Shown: piece by piece, positions 42,468 through 53,876 of the stretch
How the letters are laid out: the number at the start of each line of letters is the position of its first letter
How positions within the stretch are numbered: position 1 is the first letter of the stretch
Assembly (NCBI GenBank): GCA_005223125.1
Contig: NJBH01000003.1
Span: forward strand, 164,303 to 228,302
Direction: 5' to 3'
Length of the DNA: 64,000 nt
DNA from: Promethearchaeota archaeon Loki_b32
GTDB taxonomy: Archaea > Asgardarchaeota > Lokiarchaeia > Sigyniarchaeales > SOKP01
Program-made: the position numbers and the translations under genes
Notes under the pieces: model-generated
Told to the model about the DNA's origin: nothing
Databases searched by the model: none
Seen by the model: only the letters and a program-made list of their open reading frames with translations

Positions 42468-42674
42468 ATGAGAATAAGAAAATGCTTCAGATGCGGAAAA
42501 GAATTGGATTATGATAGTTATATTAAAAATGGTAGCCCTAATGTCAGTGAACATTTAACGAAAATTTGGAATTGTAAATATATAGAATTTTATTGTTGTC
42601 GGTGTTATTGCTTTAAAACTAAATATCAACCATTATTTGAATCAAAAAATAATAATTGCTTTAAAATAAATTAA
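42468..42674 (+). CDS. Small zinc-binding protein
   Basis: CFRC...W....IEFYCCRC. Confidence 0.7.
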   Translation: MRIRKCFRCGKELDYDSYIKNGSPNVSEHLTKIWNCKYIEFYCCRCYCFKTKYQPLFESKNNNCFKIN

Positions 42675-42741
42675 CAGATTTACATCAAATCTCAATATTT
42701 AATTACTTTTTCTTTAAATAATTACAGCTAGAATTTATTTC

Positions 42742-43023
42742 ATGAAAAAAATTCTAGAAGTATTATGTGAAATTATCTTCACAGACCATAAAACAGGAGT
42801 TATTACAAGTCGAATAGGAAGGATTGATAAATCTCAGTTAAGTGGATTTTCATCAAACACAAATGACTTTATTATATTTAAGGAAACATATAATTCTCCT
42901 ATTTTAAAAGAAACTATAAAGGAAATTATTATTCTTCGAGAGATTAGACAAAAATCTGTCAATAAAGTAAATTCAAAATTAATCAAACATGCAAAATCTA
43001 AGAATATTGGAAAAATTAGTTAA
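42742..43023 (+). CDS. Hypothetical protein
   Basis: ORF only. Confidence 0.45.
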   Translation: MKKILEVLCEIIFTDHKTGVITSRIGRIDKSQLSGFSSNTNDFIIFKETYNSPILKETIKEIIILREIRQKSVNKVNSKLIKHAKSKNIGKIS

Positions 43024-43055
43024 AATTTTGAGATCTAAATAAACTGCACTGAAAT

Positions 43056-43460
43056 TTACTCATTTTTTAACTTCATGAGTGCTTCTTCTAATATTTTTAT
43101 TATTCTTTGTTTATATGTAGCTTGATTAGGATAATTGTAGCTAAAAGTTTTCCAATAGGGTCTTTTATGCCCTATCTTAAATTTAACCCCTTTCATAGAA
43201 GTCATGTATGAATTGCTATCAATTTTAGTAGCAATTTGATCTGCTATTATATACCAATGAAATCTTGTATTGATGCTTGCTCCAGTATTACTTGGAGCAG
43301 GATTGATTCTGGTTTTTATAGAATTAAATTTGAAACTCCATTTATCGGGTGCTTCTTTAGTTTCATGCCATTTCCCATTCTTATAATTCCAATTATGAGC
43401 TCCCCCTACTCTCATACCTGTATATAGTTTGTTATTATGAGTTTTAAGGTGATTGTACAT
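43056..43460 (-). CDS. Conserved hypothetical protein
   Basis: YTGMRVGGAHNWNY...HWYIIADQ...GVKFKIGHKRP. Confidence 0.75.
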   Translation of the reverse strand: MYNHLKTHNNKLYTGMRVGGAHNWNYKNGKWHETKEAPDKWSFKFNSIKTRINPAPSNTGASINTRFHWYIIADQIATKIDSNSYMTSMKGVKFKIGHKRPYWKTFSYNYPNQATYKQRIIKILEEALMKLKNE

Positions 43461-43577
43461 TTTATTTTATAACTTTATTTTATTTAAATAATCCAAGGAA
43501 AAAAAAAATAGCATTTTATTAATAGATTACAACTCTCAAAATTTACTGAAAAAAAAAAAGAAAGATAAGACTAATTA

Positions 43578-43997
43578 TTATTCAGTTTTCCATTCATATG
43601 GTTTTGGACCAGCAAATATTAACACTAATGCAGGGATTAAGATTGGCAATCCACCCCACCAATATCCGAATATATCTACAATTATTCCCCAAAAAAGCAT
43701 CCATGGAAATCTAATGTTTCCAAGAGGTATTACCCAATTAAATAGAAAATCCCAATTTTGATCAGCACACTTATCAGAAAATTTTGGTTTAATTATGGAA
43801 AATGAAATTAATATCACAATAATTCCACTAATTATTAACCAAATATAATTTCCTAAAATTAATAATGAAGTACCAGAAAAAGCAATAGCACCAGTAAGTC
43901 CAACAATTATATTAATAATTCCACTGATAATACTTATAACCCAAGCCCATTTCCCTAGAGTTGATACCCAAGATGCATGTTTCCATTCTTCACTCAT
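43578..43997 (-). CDS. Membrane protein
   Basis: Hydrophobic, Trp-rich ORF with GAGGT SD-like site upstream. Confidence 0.75.
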   Translation of the reverse strand: MSEEWKHASWVSTLGKWAWVISIISGIINIIVGLTGAIAFSGTSLLILGNYIWLIISGIIVILISFSIIKPKFSDKCADQNWDFLFNWVIPLGNIRFPWMLFWGIIVDIFGYWWGGLPILIPALVLIFAGPKPYEWKTE

Positions 43998-44169
43998 ATT
44001 TTTTACCTCAAACCTTAATTTTTAATAATATGTATTAATAGTTTTGGTTGTAAACAGAATTCTTTAACTTGTTAATATGAAGAATTATTTATATAATATT
44101 TAGGGAAAATTACTAATTCTAATTAAGTTAATAATTTGTGAAAATTTAAGAAAGAATGGTAGAAATCAT

Positions 44170-45630
44170 TTATTTTGATTGATTTTCGAGAATTTCACCT
44201 ACATAATATAGTCCTACTAGATTTCCTCTTCTTTCAAATTTTCTTGAAGCTAATAAAATTACTACGTGCTCATTCTCATCTAACAAATTATTGTCAACAG
44301 CATGTTTGACGGATTGTTCTATTATTTCTTCAGCATCCATGTTGAAGAAATCAACGTTTTCAATTTGAATAGCTTTCACTGCCCAAACTAAGTTTAATTC
44401 TCTCGCTGTTCTTTTAAAGGGAGTTATTGCGATAATAGGTAATGGTGGTCTGTATTTTGCGATCATTCGAGCACCATATCCTTTCCTTGTGATTACTAGA
44501 ATTTTACCTCTAAAGTTTAAATCTTGCATTTCAGAAGCCAATGAGTGAATAGCATGACCTAAAGTTTGAGTATGAGTTAATCTTTCAGAATCATATTCAT
44601 CTGGGGTTCTTTTAGGCATGTTTTCAGTTGCTGTTTTAGCTATTTGGTTCATATACTGAACAGAATTAATAGGATATTTCCCTACGGCTGTTTCTGCTGA
44701 TAACATTACAGCATCAGTGCCGTCCATAACAGCATTATAGACATCACTAGCTTCTGCTCTTGTAGGTATTGGGTTGGAAATCATTGATTCAAGCATTTGA
44801 GTCGCTACAATAATAGGCTTTCCTTCACGATTGCTCTTGTAGATCATCTCCTTTTGCCATAAGGGAACTTTATCCGGATCAATTTCAACTCCTAAATCCC
44901 CCCTAGCAACCATGATTCCGTCACTTAATTCTAAGATCTGATCAAAATTGGTTAGTGCGATTGGTCGTTCAATTTTAGAAATTAGTTTAATTTGAGAATT
45001 TCCATAATTCTCAAGAATCCTTTTAACGTGTAGAACATCATCTCCGCTAGATACAAATGAAATTGCTACATATTCAGGATCGATTTCAGCAATAAATTTT
45101 AAATCAATTACATCTTTTTCAGTCGGAACTTTTTGAGATAATTCTCCAGCAGGAATATTGACTCCTTTTCTGTTGCTAATCATTCCTCCTGCTAAAACCT
45201 CTCCTACAACATGATCAGCTTCTTTTCTGATGATCTTAATTTTGATAATTCCGTCATTTACGAAGAAAAAATCTCCAACATTCAGCGATTTAAGAAAACC
45301 CACTAATGGAATAGAGAATTGATCTTGATCACCCTCAATATCTTTTTCAAAAACTTTTACTTCTTGACCGATACCTAAATTATATACTTTATCTTCTTTA
45401 AATTTCCCTACTCTGATTTTTGGTCCTTGAATATCAGTTAATATTCCTGTATATTCACTTACTTCTCTAACCTTATTAATTAATTCTCGTTTTTCATCAT
45501 GTGAGCCATGTGAAAAATTCAATCTAAAAATATCAACACCCGCATCTATTAATTTTCTAAGCATTTCTTTAGAACTTGACGCTGGTCCAAGAGTGCTTAC
45601 AATTTTCACCGTATTTTTTCTAAATGACAT
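44170..45630 (-). CDS. pyk: Pyruvate kinase
   Basis: TLGPAS, RLNFSHG, SKIE, MVARGDLG, ATQMLESM, DAVMLS. Confidence 0.98.
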   Translation of the reverse strand: MSFRKNTVKIVSTLGPASSSKEMLRKLIDAGVDIFRLNFSHGSHDEKRELINKVREVSEYTGILTDIQGPKIRVGKFKEDKVYNLGIGQEVKVFEKDIEGDQDQFSIPLVGFLKSLNVGDFFFVNDGIIKIKIIRKEADHVVGEVLAGGMISNRKGVNIPAGELSQKVPTEKDVIDLKFIAEIDPEYVAISFVSSGDDVLHVKRILENYGNSQIKLISKIERPIALTNFDQILELSDGIMVARGDLGVEIDPDKVPLWQKEMIYKSNREGKPIIVATQMLESMISNPIPTRAEASDVYNAVMDGTDAVMLSAETAVGKYPINSVQYMNQIAKTATENMPKRTPDEYDSERLTHTQTLGHAIHSLASEMQDLNFRGKILVITRKGYGARMIAKYRPPLPIIAITPFKRTARELNLVWAVKAIQIENVDFFNMDAEEIIEQSVKHAVDNNLLDENEHVVILLASRKFERRGNLVGLYYVGEILENQSK

Positions 45631-45723
45631 TTTTTTAACCTTTATTTATTCCAAATGTAGTTCGGATTCTAAAATCTAAACTTTTAAAATGATTAATATT
45701 ATTATTGTGTGTATCCTTAAAAA

Positions 45724-46194
45724 TTATTCATTTTCTACTAAATTCTTAATTTTTTCTAATTTCCCCCGAAATTCAGTTCTAAGATTTTTCAATTTTTCCA
45801 CAAGATCCGAAAAATCTTCAATTTCTTCAATTTCTTTTATTAATAATAACTGAATTCGAAAGATCTTGCGGTAAATTGAATATTGAATCAACTTTAAATT
45901 ATTTTTAATTGCTGAATCCTTAGCTATCTGAACTAAAAAATCAGAACTATTATTTGCGAGGGAAATCGCTAAAAAATATCTTAATTTTGGCGTCTTAGAA
46001 TAATTTTTTACAATAAAGAGGAAAAAATTTTTATTACTTTCACTCAAATCATAAATTTTTTCTACTGCTAAAGTTTTAGGAACGCTATTGACAATCTCAG
46101 AAATTGGGGCATGTTTTCCTCTTACTTTTTTAACATCTTTAATAATTTCATTTTGGATAAAGGATTTCAAATCTGTTTGGTTTGAATCATGCAT
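45724..46194 (-). CDS. Hypothetical protein
   Basis: Clean ORF. Confidence 0.6.
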   Translation of the reverse strand: MHDSNQTDLKSFIQNEIIKDVKKVRGKHAPISEIVNSVPKTLAVEKIYDLSESNKNFFLFIVKNYSKTPKLRYFLAISLANNSSDFLVQIAKDSAIKNNLKLIQYSIYRKIFRIQLLLIKEIEEIEDFSDLVEKLKNLRTEFRGKLEKIKNLVENE

Positions 46195-46266
46195 TTTTTA
46201 GGTAGTTAATCAATCTTTTAGTTATATATTAAATCAATATAAATATACTTTAGAAGAAATATAGCT

Positions 46267-48237
46267 TCAATATAAATCCTTTATAACAAATTCTAAATCG
46301 AGATCTTTAAGAGTTTCTTTTAATGGATATCCATTCTTGGGATTCCAACCCATTTCATAACAATATCCTTTATAAAAATCTTCATATTCAACGGATACAC
46401 CTTTTGTTGGACCTCTTTTATCTGGAGGATGACCTGAAACTCTTCCAGGTAATTTATTATTCGCAATATCTATACCCTCCCGTAAAGTAAATGATTGGCG
46501 TAAGGTTTGGATTCTTAATCCAATTTCTATTAGTTCATCAATAGAAATATTCCAACCAGTAAAATTGTTAATGAGATCGATAAAAGGATAAGGACCAAAC
46601 AAAGTTGAAAATGAGCATAGACCAACACTACTTAAAACTTGATGGAAAGAGGTAACTAACTTTTGACATTTTTGTTTCTTTTTTTCGTTCTTTTTCCATC
46701 CTTTAGGTAACTTAAATCCTTTTTGAAATTTATTTATTGATCCCATATCGATGTAGTCTATACTAGCAGCTGTATGTCTTCCTGGAGTTGGGTCATAATT
46801 ATAAGTAAAAGCTAATGAAGGAAAAAACCTTGGATTATGCATTGGAATTTCTGAACCTAAAGAGGTTATAGCATAATTTACTGATTCATTTCCTATTTTT
46901 TCTGCTGCGATTTTACTTCCATCAGCTAAAATATCCCCAATTCCCTTTCTATTAATTATCATTTTTACTAATTCAATAATAGCTTTTGAATTACCCCATA
47001 CTAATTCTAAATCATTAGTATCTTCCTTCGTTAAAATACCATTTTCGAAACATTCAATTGCAAATGCAATAGTTGCGCCAGTAGAGATTGTATCTATAGC
47101 TGCTCGATTGCAAAGCTCATTTATTTCGAAAATTGACATTAAATCATTATTTAGTAAAAGAGCACCAAAAGAACAACAAGTTTCGTACTCTGGTTGATGT
47201 GTCTCTTCTAAATTTAATTCTGGAATTTTTAAAATCCCTCCACATTGAACTGGACAACCATAACAACCCCATTCCCTTATTTTATACTTTATAATTTTAT
47301 TTGCTGAGAGGGCTTTAGATTTTTTAAAGGGAAAATCATACATACCAATACCACTCCAATTTTTTATAGGAGAGTCATTTGTTTCTGAAGCAATGGTATT
47401 TCCAACACATGTACCATAAATTCGATATATTTTTCTTATTATATTTGGTGGACCTTTGAATCCAATTCTAAATCTTCTCAGAGTTTTTGCCAGATTTGGA
47501 ACAGATTTTAAAATTGACTTAAAAAATTTTCCAGGTTCTCCTTTTTTTCCATTTTTATTATAAATCTTCACTAAATCTAAAAATTTATCTTTATTATAAA
47601 TTGAAATCTTCTTATTTCCCTTTAAAACAAGCGTTTTTAATTTTTTTGAGCCCATTATTGCGCCTAATCCAGCCCGAGCGGCAATTCGCCCTCTATCATT
47701 AGCAATCCCTGAAATTTTTGATAATTTTTCTCCAGCTTGTCCTATTGCTGCAGTTTTAATAAATTTACCATGTTTATCTTTTAATATCGATTCGGTTTCA
47801 ATTATATCTAAACCCCAGATTTCTGAGGCATCTAATAATTCCTTTTTATCTTCTATTATCAAAACATATTTAGGTGTCTTGGCAGCACCTTTAAAAAGAA
47901 TTGCATCATATCCACATTTCTTTATCTCGGGGCCAAATGTTCCACCACTATTAGAATCTCCCCACGTTCCAGTTAAAGGTGATTTCCCTGCCAGCATATA
48001 TCTTCCTGAAAATGGTGCTGCTGTCCCCGTTAATAAACCCGGAAAAAATCCAAAAATTGATTCTGGACTTAATGGATCAATTTTTACAGGCATATTTTCA
48101 AAAATAAATTTAACAGCTAATCCATATCCTCCAAGATATTGGCGATAAATCTCTTCAGAAACTGTTTCCTCCTCAAAACTCTCCTCTGTAAGATTTATCC
48201 ATAAAACTTTTCCAAAAAAGCCAGTTCCCATATTCAA
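46267..48237 (-). CDS. aor: Aldehyde:ferredoxin oxidoreductase (W/Mo-pterin AOR family)
   Basis: YLGGYGL, KSPLTG, AARAGLGAIMGSKKLK, CYGCPVQC, EYET, DTISTG. Confidence 0.93.
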   Translation of the reverse strand: MNMGTGFFGKVLWINLTEESFEEETVSEEIYRQYLGGYGLAVKFIFENMPVKIDPLSPESIFGFFPGLLTGTAAPFSGRYMLAGKSPLTGTWGDSNSGGTFGPEIKKCGYDAILFKGAAKTPKYVLIIEDKKELLDASEIWGLDIIETESILKDKHGKFIKTAAIGQAGEKLSKISGIANDRGRIAARAGLGAIMGSKKLKTLVLKGNKKISIYNKDKFLDLVKIYNKNGKKGEPGKFFKSILKSVPNLAKTLRRFRIGFKGPPNIIRKIYRIYGTCVGNTIASETNDSPIKNWSGIGMYDFPFKKSKALSANKIIKYKIREWGCYGCPVQCGGILKIPELNLEETHQPEYETCCSFGALLLNNDLMSIFEINELCNRAAIDTISTGATIAFAIECFENGILTKEDTNDLELVWGNSKAIIELVKMIINRKGIGDILADGSKIAAEKIGNESVNYAITSLGSEIPMHNPRFFPSLAFTYNYDPTPGRHTAASIDYIDMGSINKFQKGFKLPKGWKKNEKKKQKCQKLVTSFHQVLSSVGLCSFSTLFGPYPFIDLINNFTGWNISIDELIEIGLRIQTLRQSFTLREGIDIANNKLPGRVSGHPPDKRGPTKGVSVEYEDFYKGYCYEMGWNPKNGYPLKETLKDLDLEFVIKDLY

Positions 48238-48623
48238 CTTTTAAATTTCCTTTAAAATTTAATAAAATCAAATTTAAAAAATCTATCGAAAATGATGGTT
48301 AAAATAATACTATTTTGTATTATAAATTAATATTTAAGTAATATAGTTTAATAAGCGACATTATAAAGAAATCGCATGAAATATAGAGTTTCTTTAATAA
48401 AAAGTTTAATATTTAAGTTAAAGGATTAATACTGCTTTAAATACTATTAAAGAAACATTTAAATAATCAATTTATTATAATATAAATGGTACCAATATCA
48501 GCGATCATTTAGAAATAATAATCTATTTGTTATTTCAGAACAATTCCTGCATTCTATAAGGGTTAAAATATAAAGAGCGCATTTGAAATAGACTATTAAT
48601 AAATTAATGTAAAAATTAGAAAA

Positions 48624-48845
48624 ATGGCTATGTCTTTACTCCCAACAGTAGAAAATAATCAGATTTCTATACAAAAATTCATTGATTGGGATAAATTCGA
48701 AAATGTTTTTTATAACAACCTTTATTTAGAGAATTATAAAATAGTCGTTAAAATGCCTCTTGTTCCAAGAAAAGAGCCAAAAAACGAGATTAAAATTAAA
48801 AAGTTTAATCTTGAAATGTATACATTTCTTATTTCTTACGATTAA
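48624..48845 (+). CDS. Small hypothetical protein
   Basis: ORF only. Confidence 0.45.
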   Translation: MAMSLLPTVENNQISIQKFIDWDKFENVFYNNLYLENYKIVVKMPLVPRKEPKNEIKIKKFNLEMYTFLISYD

Positions 48846-48870
48846 TATTCTATGAGTATTTATATAAAAC

Positions 48871-49008
48871 TCATTTCTCTTTAGACTTTTCACTTTTCTC
48901 TCTATTAATTACGTTCCAGCATGAGAAACACATATAATTTCCCTCCTCTAACAATACTAAGTCTTTTGTTGAGCGAATCATTCCACATTTACGGCAGGTC
49001 TCGATCAT
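48871..49008 (-). CDS. 45-aa CxxC-x18-CxxC zinc-finger microprotein (not in ORF track)
   Basis: MIETCRKCGMIRSTKDLVLLEEGNYMCFSCWNVINREKSEKSKEK. Confidence 0.7.
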   Translation of the reverse strand: MIETCRKCGMIRSTKDLVLLEEGNYMCFSCWNVINREKSEKSKEK

Positions 49009-49101
49009 AACACTGACAAATATAATTAATTATTATCTTAAGAAGAGATTCAATCATAATAAATTAAAAATTTTAAAATTAATATGTTAATTCTTTATAA
49101 T

Positions 49102-49611
49102 TTAATCATCATGATTGATTATATGTTCTGGGAATGAATTGATATTTTTAAGAGATTTACGTAAAAATAAAGGATATAATCTAAGCGATTCTAGTTCATC
49201 TATATCAACCCACTTAAAAATCAAATCTAATTCTTCTCCATAGAACTCATCATTTTCAGTACCTAACGCACGTTCTTTTCCGTGAAAAGTGTCATTTTCA
49301 AAAACTAATTTAGAATCTGGAGGAAATTCCATTAGATAGAAAATAGATAATTCATGATAATCCTTCTCCATGTAATTAAAGAAGTTTTCCACAAAATATA
49401 GAGGTCTTATAATCTTGATATCAACTCCGATTTCTTCATTCATCTCTCTTATGAGGGTATCTTTAGAGATTTCTAAAAATTCACATCGTCCCCCCGGTAA
49501 TGACCAGAAATCATCAAGAATACTTTTATGAACAAGCAGCTTATTATCACGAATAGCTACTCCAGCAACTCTATAAGAAAAAACATAATTCTCTTTATTG
49601 AAAGTTATCAT
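49102..49611 (-). CDS. NUDIX hydrolase
   Basis: WSLPGGRCEFLE....LIREMNEEIG. Confidence 0.93.
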   Translation of the reverse strand: MITFNKENYVFSYRVAGVAIRDNKLLVHKSILDDFWSLPGGRCEFLEISKDTLIREMNEEIGVDIKIIRPLYFVENFFNYMEKDYHELSIFYLMEFPPDSKLVFENDTFHGKERALGTENDEFYGEELDLIFKWVDIDELESLRLYPLFLRKSLKNINSFPEHIINHDD

Positions 49612-49714
49612 ATGAATTATTTAAGTCATAAACTATTATTAAACTTCAATATTTTATTTGAATTTTGGCTATTTTAAATCAAAAAATAAGAAAAAAAAAA
49701 AATTTAGTATAAAA

Positions 49715-50509
49715 TTAATCTCTGAAACCATAATATGCGTTTACGAGTAGTAATAACAAACCTACTACAGATAATTTGTAATAAGGCATATTAACTTCAA
49801 ATATTGTATAATCCCAATTAAAAGTATAAAATAACAAAGCAATGATGACAACAATTAGCATGATTAAAGATAATATATTTATTCCCGATCGTTTCCACCA
49901 ACTAGCTTCTTCAAGCATTAATTTTTCAATAATTTGAACATCAGAAAGAGAAGCATCCATGTTTGCTATTTTTTCTTTAAGTGTTTTCTTTTCTCGAGCC
50001 TTTAAAATAGATCTGAAAGAAGCACCTATAATAAAAAGGAGGATAATTAACAAGAGATCTGCAAGAGTATTTGTTATTTGAAATGCAACATTTGTTTGTA
50101 AGAAAATCATAATTTGAGTGATTACTAATATCACAACTAAAAGAAATCTAACACTGTATTTAGGTAAATAAAGTGGTTTCTTCTGTTTTCTTACATCTTC
50201 AATTACTATATCCGTAGTCTTTACTTCATCAACAATTTCTTTTAATTTTTCATGTCCACTTCTCCTAGCTTCAAAATAAAAGGCTACTACAACAAAGATA
50301 ATGTTGACTATTAAACCCGGAATTTCTTCTCCGCTTATTATATATCCAAAAGGAAAGGCGACAAGCAGAATGGTCATTAAAGCTCGGACTGTTCCACGTG
50401 GCATACCAAGGGGCTCATCTTCAATTTTACCCCCTTTACTAAATCGATTAATTAAGACCCAAGTGCAGAATATGGCAAATAAAATCCAACTTATCATAAT
50501 ACGATGCAC
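49715..50509 (-). CDS. Membrane protein with internal duplication
   Basis: PLGMPRGTVRAL / PLYLPKYSVRFL repeats. Confidence 0.75.
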   Translation of the reverse strand: MHRIMISWILFAIFCTWVLINRFSKGGKIEDEPLGMPRGTVRALMTILLVAFPFGYIISGEEIPGLIVNIIFVVVAFYFEARRSGHEKLKEIVDEVKTTDIVIEDVRKQKKPLYLPKYSVRFLLVVILVITQIMIFLQTNVAFQITNTLADLLLIILLFIIGASFRSILKAREKKTLKEKIANMDASLSDVQIIEKLMLEEASWWKRSGINILSLIMLIVVIIALLFYTFNWDYTIFEVNMPYYKLSVVGLLLLLVNAYYGFRD

Positions 50510-50679
50510 ATTGATTTCTAAATTGTGTTATATTTTATTTGATTTTAAGATTTTTAAGACTTTGGTAATTATTTATTAGAAGCTCTATAGAAATATATAT
50601 ATCCTAATTCAAGTAATTTGAATGTAATCTTATAAGAGTGATTTCATCTTGAGCACTTAAAGTTATCATCTGTTAAAAG

Positions 50680-51018
50680 GATTGAAAAATTAAAGTTACT
50701 GGAGTTTCGGGGTATTTTAGGACAAGGGAAGATTCTTTACTCACTATATATCACTGTGGATATGATTATGTTTCGAATTTAAGAAGATACATTGAATTAT
50801 ATGATATTTTTGCCTCATTAGCTCCTAACCCTGTAGCAATAACGATGGGAAGAAAAGATCGATTTTTCCCAATTGAAGGCGTTAATAAAGCTATACCTAT
50901 TATCGAAAAAGTATATAATGAAGATAACTACCCTGAAAATATTTTAATAGATCTTCAATCAGAAGGCCATCAATTTTATGGAGACAAGATTTATCCATTT
51001 CTAATTAACCATATTTAA
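50680..51018 (+). pseudogene. C-terminal fragment of an alpha/beta hydrolase (acetylxylan esterase/dienelactone hydrolase-like)
   Basis: VSGYF..DSL..HC..YV...DIFASLAPNP...G.KD.FFP...EGHQF; N-terminal half and start missing. Confidence 0.7.
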
Positions 51019-51243
51019 TGTTAGATAGATTTTTATATTTTAAAATTCATTATAAACATGAAATATATTTGAAAATATTAAGAAATATATTAACAAAGAA
51101 TTCAAATCTGCAACTTTTTAGAATGTATAAGGTGATAAATAATATTTTGTGAACACCATCGAAAAAGGGTAGAATATACAAAATCGGATGTTTGGTATGG
51201 AATCATATTCCTTATTCTTGTTATACTAGATATAATTTTAGTT

Positions 51244-51618
51244 TTGCTAGGTCTAGTGTACTTTCCTCCTCTTTCATGGCTACATCTTAGTGTAGTACCT
51301 GCAATTATCATATTAGGTTATTACATTTTTGTTAAAAAGTATATACCTAAAAGAAACATTGAAAAATATAATGAGAAAACTAAGGAATTATACGTAGCTA
51401 CTAAAAATAAGATAACCAATTATTTAAAAACAAATATTGGGAAAGCATACACCGCGAAAACTTTGTTAAATAAGTTAGATGATAGTATTAAAAATTCAAA
51501 TTTCAAGAAATATGTAAAGAAAAATGGAGAAAGAATCCTAACTGAAATTATTTCCGATGAATATATCCAGATAGCTTATAAAAATGGACAAACGCATTAT
51601 TTCTTTCTAAGTGATTAA
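51244..51618 (+). CDS. Hypothetical membrane-anchored protein (start uncertain)
   Basis: ORF with a TM segment; the frame probably extends upstream. Confidence 0.45.
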   Translation: MLGLVYFPPLSWLHLSVVPAIIILGYYIFVKKYIPKRNIEKYNEKTKELYVATKNKITNYLKTNIGKAYTAKTLLNKLDDSIKNSNFKKYVKKNGERILTEIISDEYIQIAYKNGQTHYFFLSD

Positions 51619-51696
51619 ACTTATAATAGATGGATTGTTTGAGCTAAAAAACTAATACATACGGAAATTATGAAACAACTATCTAAAATTAGAGTA

Positions 51697-53115
51697 TTAC
51701 TTTTTTCTAGAGTTTAAAATCTCTGCTCTTTCAGCTAAAATAGTCTTAATATTTTCTATATCCCCTGGAAACCATCTCATTGCAAGAATCCAAAGTATTA
51801 CTCCTGGAACAATACATAAACAAACAATTAAGACTGTTATTTGATAATTTGTGCTTGTATAAGCTAACAAAATTCCACAGAGTAATGGCCCAATTCCTCT
51901 TCCAAATTGTTCTAAGAACTGGTTCCAAGAAACTATTTGGCCTTGTGCTTCAGGTAAGTTGATCTGCTGAATTACTGGACTTTGATTAACAACGTAAAGA
52001 GAGAATATACTTCTCGATGTGAAGAATAATGCACCCATTACCCACATAGTAGGTATAGTCATAATCAAAGCAATATTCTTACCCTCTTCTGGGCTTAATG
52101 GAACCCAAGGAATGAAAAAGAATAGAACAAAAGTAAATAATCCCCCAATAATAGCAATAACTATAATTGGTAATCTCCTTACTGGATTCTTTAAAGCAAT
52201 TTTATCGCTAATTCTAGATAAAAAAATTTGTCCAACTAATCCACCTGTTAAGCCAAAAACAACCATAAAAACTCCTATTGAAAATGGTGCTAAATTATAA
52301 GGAGGATTCTGAACATAATTCAAAATCATAAAATTAAGACTGCTCATAAGAATACAAGTAAAAATTCCTTCAATAAGAGCAACACTATTAGTTTTACTAA
52401 GCATTGTTTTTCGCATCATCTCCCTATCTATTTGAAAATCATACTCTATAGAATCATCCTGAAGTATTTGATATAATTCTTCTTGTTGAACGCCTCTTTT
52501 TGGTTCTTCATTATGAATAGCAAAAATTAATCCTCCCAGAAGAATAAAAGCTCCAATACCCCAGAAAAAAAACCTCCAAAGCCCAATTTGAACTAAAAAT
52601 GTTGCTATTAGCCAACCTATTATATTTGTCGTATTAAGTACTATTTGATAGACCCCAAAAAACCGAGAACGATGATCTCGCGGGACAACATCATTAGATA
52701 ATGAATTTATAGCCGGCCATGAACCTCCAGCAAAAAAGCCAAAAATCGCTATAAAAATAAAAAAGTAAAACCATGTATCAAATCCACCCCCTTTAACAGC
52801 GAAACCTAAAATAAACATTGAAAGCCCTCTAAATAAAGAAATGATGATAATTATTTTTTTTCGAGAGTATTTATCAATAAATCTACCAAAAAGTAGTCCA
52901 GCAAAAGATCCACTCCATGATAGGGTAGTATATAATACTCCCATTTCCAATGCATGAATATCTGCTGGATCATTTGGCCAAATAATTAGAGCAAGTGGAA
53001 CTACAAGTATAACCATGGCTCCATATGCTATACTCTGGAAACCATTTAACAAATAGAGCGGCCAAAATACTTTATTGAATGATTTCTCTGAATTTGCCTT
53101 TATCCCCTCAGCCAT
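51697..53115 (-). CDS. MFS transporter
   Basis: GRFIDKYSRK motif A, EPKRG, ~12 TM. Confidence 0.9.
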   Translation of the reverse strand: MAEGIKANSEKSFNKVFWPLYLLNGFQSIAYGAMVILVVPLALIIWPNDPADIHALEMGVLYTTLSWSGSFAGLLFGRFIDKYSRKKIIIIISLFRGLSMFILGFAVKGGGFDTWFYFFIFIAIFGFFAGGSWPAINSLSNDVVPRDHRSRFFGVYQIVLNTTNIIGWLIATFLVQIGLWRFFFWGIGAFILLGGLIFAIHNEEPKRGVQQEELYQILQDDSIEYDFQIDREMMRKTMLSKTNSVALIEGIFTCILMSSLNFMILNYVQNPPYNLAPFSIGVFMVVFGLTGGLVGQIFLSRISDKIALKNPVRRLPIIVIAIIGGLFTFVLFFFIPWVPLSPEEGKNIALIMTIPTMWVMGALFFTSRSIFSLYVVNQSPVIQQINLPEAQGQIVSWNQFLEQFGRGIGPLLCGILLAYTSTNYQITVLIVCLCIVPGVILWILAMRWFPGDIENIKTILAERAEILNSRKK

Positions 53116-53369
53116 TTTCCTAAAATTGTAATATTATATTCCTATGATGGATTTTAAAATGAGATGTTAAATTTTAATTTATTGAGAAATAGTTATTTCT
53201 TTTGTTTTAACATATTCCTTTCAAATTCAATCCTCGATAAGTTGATTTTTAATGTTAGATGTAATAAATAATAAATTTATTTTAATCATTTTTTTACACT
53301 AATAAAAAATAGATACACTTTATTCAAAAAAAAGAATAGAAAAATAATGTTTCTTATTAGATACTGCAA

Positions 53370-53876
53370 TTAGTGTTCATGATCATGGTCATGATCATGC
53401 CCGCAACCACATGCATGTGGAGGATCAGGTTCACAGCCCTTTTCAATTATTTTGATTTTAAAATTCAATACTTTACCTGCCATTGGATGATTCGAATCAA
53501 TTATCACGATGTCATCCTCAACTTCTTTAATCGTAGCAGGAACGGGTTGGCCCTGTGGACCCATTAACAAGATCATCAAACCTGCTTTCGGTTCTTGTTC
53601 TGGTGGGAATTGATCTTTTGAAATAGACTGAGTCATTCCTTCTTTATATTCGCCGTATGCTTCAGAAGGTTCTAAACGGATATTAAACTCATCTCCAATA
53701 TGTTTACCGACCACAGAATTATCGAAGCCCGGAATAATTTGTCCAGTCCCTACCTCAAATTTTAAAGGGATATCTCCATTGGCTTCAGTACTATCGAATA
53801 TTGTACCATCATCGAAGGTGCCTACATATTCTACCTTTATTATATCGCCTTCTTTAATTGCCATAGTTTTTCTCAA
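53370..53876 (-). CDS. slyD: FKBP-type peptidyl-prolyl isomerase, SlyD-like with Cys/His tail
   Basis: VEYVG.FDDG.IFDS, AYGE, NHPMAGK.LNF, CGCGHDHDHDHEH. Confidence 0.9.
   Translation of the reverse strand: MRKTMAIKEGDIIKVEYVGTFDDGTIFDSTEANGDIPLKFEVGTGQIIPGFDNSVVGKHIGDEFNIRLEPSEAYGEYKEGMTQSISKDQFPPEQEPKAGLMILLMGPQGQPVPATIKEVEDDIVIIDSNHPMAGKVLNFKIKIIEKGCEPDPPHACGCGHDHDHDHEH

Noticed and set aside
48240-48620. Long AT-rich intergenic region as a possible replication origin or ncRNA
   Set aside because: No ORB-like repeats, no cdc6/orc gene and no stable structure seen.
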